Source of the DNA: Owenia fusiformis
Lineage: Eukaryota
Assembly: GCA_903813345.2 (NCBI GenBank)
Contig: CAIIXF020000001.1
Location: 12,462,001-12,526,000 of the forward strand
Direction of reading: 5' to 3'
DNA length: 64,000 nucleotides
Shown here: positions 59,001 through 64,000 of the stretch, one piece after another
Numbering within the stretch: the stretch's first letter is position 1
Layout of the letters: each line of letters opens with the position of its first letter
Notes under the pieces: generated by a model
Databases searched by the model: none
Told to the model about the DNA's origin: nothing
What the model saw: only the letters and a program-made list of their open reading frames with translations
Made by a program: the position numbers and the translations under genes

Positions 59001-61874
59001 AGAAATTGGAAAAATTTAGATATTGAGAGGGTGTAGTGAAAACTCTAGAACAACTTGATTGTTGGAAATCATTATATAAAAGCAATAAAATCAAAAGGCT
59101 TTAATAATGGTGAAACTGCACTTATATTTTCAAGTAGGAAGCTCTGTATTGAGTGTATTATTCCCTTGGTCGATTTTCCTTTAGTAATATTCCTAATAAA
59201 GTCTGAGTCGCTTTGCAGTAAATCAATAGAAACTGGTTTACCTATGAAGCCTGTAAATGTAGGCTTAACATCTTTCGTGAAAATCGATATACGAAGCTTT
59301 CACAAGGGAATAACAAAATCCTTTGATAGATCACTTGAGAAAAACATCGAGAAAATAATACAATGTAGTATTGTTGATGCTTTCGATGTTTGGTAAATCC
59401 TTCCTCCCTTTACCACTAATGATAGTAATTACTACAAATGATACAGCATCATTTCCAGTGAAACTATATGGATTTTTTGTCAAAAAAGTCACCAGACTCA
59501 CTATACTAGGCCTATTAATGCCTATTTCATAGACTATGGAATCTTTAAAGATACAGACCCATTCTAAACATCATTTAAGATAAATTATAAATCCACGAAG
59601 GCATGCTAAATTGTAACAACAATAAAACAATTATTGTACCTGTAAAGTGTACTGTCCTTAGATTTAATTTTTTTTACATTTTTGAGTTAATCTAGGAATG
59701 ATAAGACAAATTATTACTGTCCATATGACATCATTTCCAAAAATGACTGTTAAATTACTATCAGACATTATATGTTGAGATGGAAATCATCAAGTCTAAG
59801 CAAGGGTAGCATTAAAACCTAGGGATAACTGGTTAAAGATTCTAGTTAATATTTAGTAAAAAATGCATTTGATTTGAGAAGCAAACAGTAGGTCTGTCCC
59901 TTTAACAGTACTTAAATATGCCATTATCCTGGCGTATGGAATATCTGCATTCCACACATATTAAAAAACAGCCTTTATTGAAATTTTCTGACATATGAAT
60001 ATATATTTCATGTAGATGCTTTTAGGTGAATAGATTTTATTGAAATTCTATATTATTCAGCTGTCTCATATTATGTTTGCGTTCCACCATATTGCAAGCT
60101 ACGTATCCTGATCATGCTTAAGTGCCTGCATAATGTGCTACAATGTATGAGTCATCAATGCCACATCATCCAAGTTTATCCAAGCCTGTCTATAGACAGA
60201 GAAATCGAGACTAATCGAAAATGTTGCGACATAATCACGTTATCGCTAAATTGCATTTTTGCTTATCACTGAGCCTGAATTTCAAATTAACTCAACTGAA
60301 AAGCATCACATGATATATGGATATGTCGAGACGGTCGGATGACTGGAGAACGATCTAGATGACGCAGAAGTATTATTTTAATGAAATCAAGCAAGCTAGT
60401 TAAATGTTGTATTTACTGGATATTTGTCTTCACAGGCACTGGGATAACTTCATCCATCTATCCTATAGTAGGCCTAACTATACCTTCTATTAAACTGGAC
60501 AATTTCCACGTTTGTAGATTCAGTTCCTTGAGAAATGACCATATGTTTGACAGGCTGGCTCATGGGCTAAGAGGGAGGTCACATTATATATGAGCTGATT
60601 TATCAATTATCTTGACGTGACAGAATAATGAAAAAAGATGTGATGGATTGATCTATTGTAATAGCATTTCAAGTGTTTAATAACCAGAATATCATGAAGA
60701 TGACGAATATCCTTATTTGTGCATTTTCTAATGACATCAATATACAGGTTGTTCAAAAAGTATTAAAAAAATGTGTTTTAGTTCTTTCATATTCTCTATT
60801 TTATTTTTAAAGAAATGGTGAGGTGATTGTTCAGTGTTTTTTATAACCGTATGTGGATATATTTAAATAAAGTTCACCAGATGACAGTTTTGAGCTTGGT
60901 GAGATATTTGCTTGTTTTGTGAAATATGGCTGGCCTTATTTGAAAATGTTTTTTGGTTGAGAGTAAAATGTAAGGTCCCCTGATGTCCCCCTCCCAGAAC
61001 TAGTCCTTATTGTTTGCCTCCTTTAACAGTCGGATGCCTTGTAATAATGAACACATTTTCATTCCAGATGTAATGTACAGTACAGTAACTTGTCGATGCA
61101 TTGTTCAGAAAACCAGGGGCCAGATGAAAACATCAAGTTGCATCAGAACTTGATTGAATCAGTTATACATTTCAACTTTCATGTATATCAATTTTCATGT
61201 ATTCGTCTAGGTCTACATGCATCATAGAATTACAAAGGTTGTTTACGGTTTTGATCCACCAAGGCTTGGATAACACTTATGGGATGTAAATTAATCAGTC
61301 TGGGTTACCCTCGATACTTAATGGTTCATCAACAAAAAACATCCTCAGTGTATCAAGTAGCCTCAAGAGTATTGTGTTTAGGAAGATTAAAGTATTTCAA
61401 CACAAGAGGATTTATTATATAAATTGTAAATACTCCCATTAGCATACCTAGACCTTTGTATGGAAAGATACAAGACTGATATCCTTGCATAAAATGAGCA
61501 TGGGGCAAGTAGAAAATTATAAATAAAAAACAAGTCAAACATATTTTCTTGCGTTATCCCATAAGAAATTCATAGGCACCTGCGCTACCAGCATCTACAA
61601 CAGTTGTAACCCCCCTGGCCAAGCACTGTTTGTCAGGGTTTGTGCCCAGGGGTGTTGCATACTCATAGCCATGTATATGCAGGTCCACCAACCCAGGAGT
61701 CACTATACAGCCACTTGCATCTATCACTTCTTTTGCTGTAACATTAAGCTCATCTCCAACTTGAAGTATTTTCCCATCTTTGATAGCTACGCTTGTTTTC
61801 TTGTTTATTCCATTGGATGGGTCAATAACTGTTCCATTTTTGATAAGAATATCAACTTGCGCTGGTGAAGCCAT
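53065..61874 (-). CDS. Metal-dependent amidohydrolase of the Atu3266/EF0837 (dihydroorotase-like deacetylase) type, about 406 aa
   Basis: Exons 61874-61580, 57781-57662, 56034-55884, 55387-55305, 53839-53739, 53535-53065. Motifs PGLVDLHIH, GVTTVVDAGSAG, VGVKVRL, PLMIHH, GDIYTHSFH, FDLGHGQGSFSW, IVSTDLH, GSLSPGRDADV. Two donors (GTGCCT, GTCCAA) are weak, so those boundaries are less certain. Confidence 0.85.
54135..54328. mobile_element. MITE with TIRs of about 50 bp
   Basis: CTTGTATTCGGGAATGCAACTAACGCCTGTCAGCTACCGAATT...AATTCGGTAGCCGACAGGCGTTAGTTGTATTCGCGAATACAAG. Confidence 0.7.
54436..54580. mobile_element. Tc1/mariner-type MITE with TA TSD
   Basis: TA|CAGGGTGACCCCAAAAAA...TTTTTTGGGTCACCCTG|TA. 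Confidence 0.8.
56988..57001. promoter_or_regulatory. RFX X-box (GTTACCATGGCAAC)
   Basis: Consensus match; a near match GTTATCATGGCAAC lies at 55072-55085. Confidence 0.4.
57380..57591. mobile_element. pogo/Tigger-like MITE
   Basis: TA|CAGTAAAACCTGTAT...AGACAAGTTTGACTG|TA. Confidence 0.55.
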
Positions 61875-62951
61875 TGTTATTAACTCAATAGCCAACTTTG
61901 CAATTGAACTTTAGTCACATGTACATAAGTACTGACTCCTGCGTAACTACAATCTTAACTCAGGCTTACACTATTGTATGGTAATACAATGTTGACATGA
62001 ATCTAAGATAATGTAAGAATGGTTGTCTTTAAAATCCAGGCTCATAGCTAATTGGGGGATGGGGAGTTCGGGGGCCAAAGTTCGTTTCACAATCATGCAG
62101 TTTCCACCATTCTGAATACCATTTTGATTTTGGGCCAAAATGATCAAATTTGAACCCCTGTCTGAATTTTTTAATGAATGAACCCTCTGATGAACCTCGG
62201 CAAAGGCTGACTTTGGGCCTGAATTCCAATCTCTGGTTGTTTGAAAACCATATTACTTGGGTTTTAACATTTTGATATATCAGAGTTTATTTAATGCTTG
62301 AGAGAGACTCTAGAGATAGTACAGCTAGGTTATGGATGCCACAATTTGGATTTAATGAAATGTGTTAGTTTGTGTTGCGCCTGTCTGCTCTTTAACCCAT
62401 GTTCAGATATTTCAAAGATAAACTAAGCTGATAAAACATGTTAAGGCACCTTGACTTTTTGAAGCACAGCTTTTAGTAGCTGGTAATGCAAACATACAAG
62501 ATGATGTATTTCAAGATGAGGTCGAAGGTATGAGTCTCCAAAACATAAGGTATAAAAGCTTCCAAAATCATACCTCTGTAAGGTATGACAATTTGTTACC
62601 TTCCTACAAAAAATGTTGTTGTACAGCTATGAGTATCCATTTTTGGCCTCTGTTCAAAAGTGTTAATGTTTAGATACGGTATGCTTAGAGTAAAAGTACC
62701 AGTGGTAGTATCTTACTATATTGTATAAAAATATGTGGTATTTCTCCAATTACGGAAATAGAGAAAATGTTTTTTTAAACACATATTTCTTCCAGAACCC
62801 AATCTCAATCTACCTTACAAACATGTATACATCCTGTATGTCAAAATTGATATGTGTTGTTTATAGACAAGAAATTGAACATACTGAATATATTTAATGT
62901 TATAAAACCTCCTTAAAAATAAATCTTTGTAATTTATATGGGAGGCTTGAA

Positions 62952-63686
62952 AAGGAGTGGTATCGATATGGAGAACTTTTTGAACACACGTTTCTCTTAA
63001 ACCAGTTATAAAAAAATCTAAAAATTTAACACATCATCAATTTAATGGTCATCTTTTGAATGGTAACAATATAATTTGAAATATATATACGAGAACTTTC
63101 ATCTATATTGTTTTATCAAACACATCAAACACTTGTTTTGTTCTTGGTATCATGTTTCCAGGGTGAAATGAAACATCTTTCCGAACCTCATTGGAACAAA
63201 ACGACATAAACACAACATGTTTAGGTCTCTCAATATTGTAATTGTGCAAAGGAAATTTTGGTTGATTTTAAAAAAGTATCTTGTTAATGAAATAAAAGGT
63301 TTATCATGATTTTTATCTATTTTGGGGGTATTTTGCTTTAATTTTTTGAATACTTTTTTAAAATCAACCAAAAATTCCTTTGTATAACAATAATATTGAG
63401 AGGTCTAGAAACATGTTGTATATGCTATTTTGTTCCAACAAGGTTCGGAAAGACATTTTATTTCATTCTCAAGAATTAGTAGAAAGGAGCAAAAACAATA
63501 GCACTAAAAAACAAAAAATGTTAACAAAAACAGTTATATAAAATATTTCTAAATACTTTTCGCATTAAATTGTTGTCAATCAGTCAACATTACATAAAAT
63601 ACCTTCCTCTTTTACAGAATGTTTTCAATGATTGGTTTAAGAGAAAAACATTGTTGAATTCAGTTCTCCATATCGATACCAATCCT
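62952..63686. mobile_element. Foldback MITE (Kolobok-like AGG ends)
   Basis: AAGGAGTGGTATCGATATGGAGAACT...AGTTCTCCATATCGATACCAATCCTT, plus an inner palindrome at about 63165-63465. Confidence 0.65.
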
Positions 63687-64000
63687 TTATTGCTTTTTTT
63701 TGATGTATTATATTTGAATGAAAAAAGAACTATGTATTCCAAATAATTTATTTTCTTTATGTCATTACACTGTTAAACATTAAAAACAGACCATGTATAT
63801 CCATGTTACATCAATTATTGCCAATGCAATAACAAGGGACATAAATAAATATACTTTGTTTTTTCATGTCAACACTATTTGTTATGTATTTTATTCATAA
63901 AAGCCAGTGCAGAAAGGTAATGAGTTTTTAGATAATGCAAAGTAAAATTCATAATTTTTGTATGAAAAGGAAAATACATCGATCAAGATTAATGAGGATG

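Noticed and set aside
58300-60700. ORFs 59055-59396 and 60381-60593 in amidohydrolase intron 1
   Set aside because: No recognisable domain or splice structure; possibly decayed repeat DNA.

Overview
AT-rich, intron-rich eukaryotic genomic DNA from an invertebrate animal (lophotrochozoan-like repeat content; the species cannot be determined from the sequence). I reconstructed eight protein-coding genes by hand from GT-AG boundaries and exon phases. A minus-strand TRIM gene (RING-Bbox1-Bbox2-CC-COS-FN3, running off the left edge) hosts three antisense nested genes in its introns: two tandem GLYAT-like N-acyltransferases and a probably GPI-anchored carboxylesterase. Then come SLC25A35/34-like (+), PPIH (-) head-to-head with ARMC9 (+), and an Atu3266/EF0837-type amidohydrolase (-). 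Best finding: the last ARMC9 intron holds an intronless, ATG-less, full-length tubulin cofactor A (TBCA) domain behind an in-phase splice acceptor. This predicts an ARMC9-TBCA fusion isoform as an alternative to the ordinary last exon. ARMC9 also has a U12-type intron followed by a 16-nt microexon. Non-coding DNA is dense in non-autonomous DNA transposons: hairpin-headed Crypton-like elements, a Transib/RAG-like foldback, hAT-like elements with 5/6/8-bp TSDs, TTAA/Kolobok-like and Tc1/mariner/pogo MITEs, and a HINE. It also carries several minisatellites. Family assignments rest on remembered motifs; no database searches were run.
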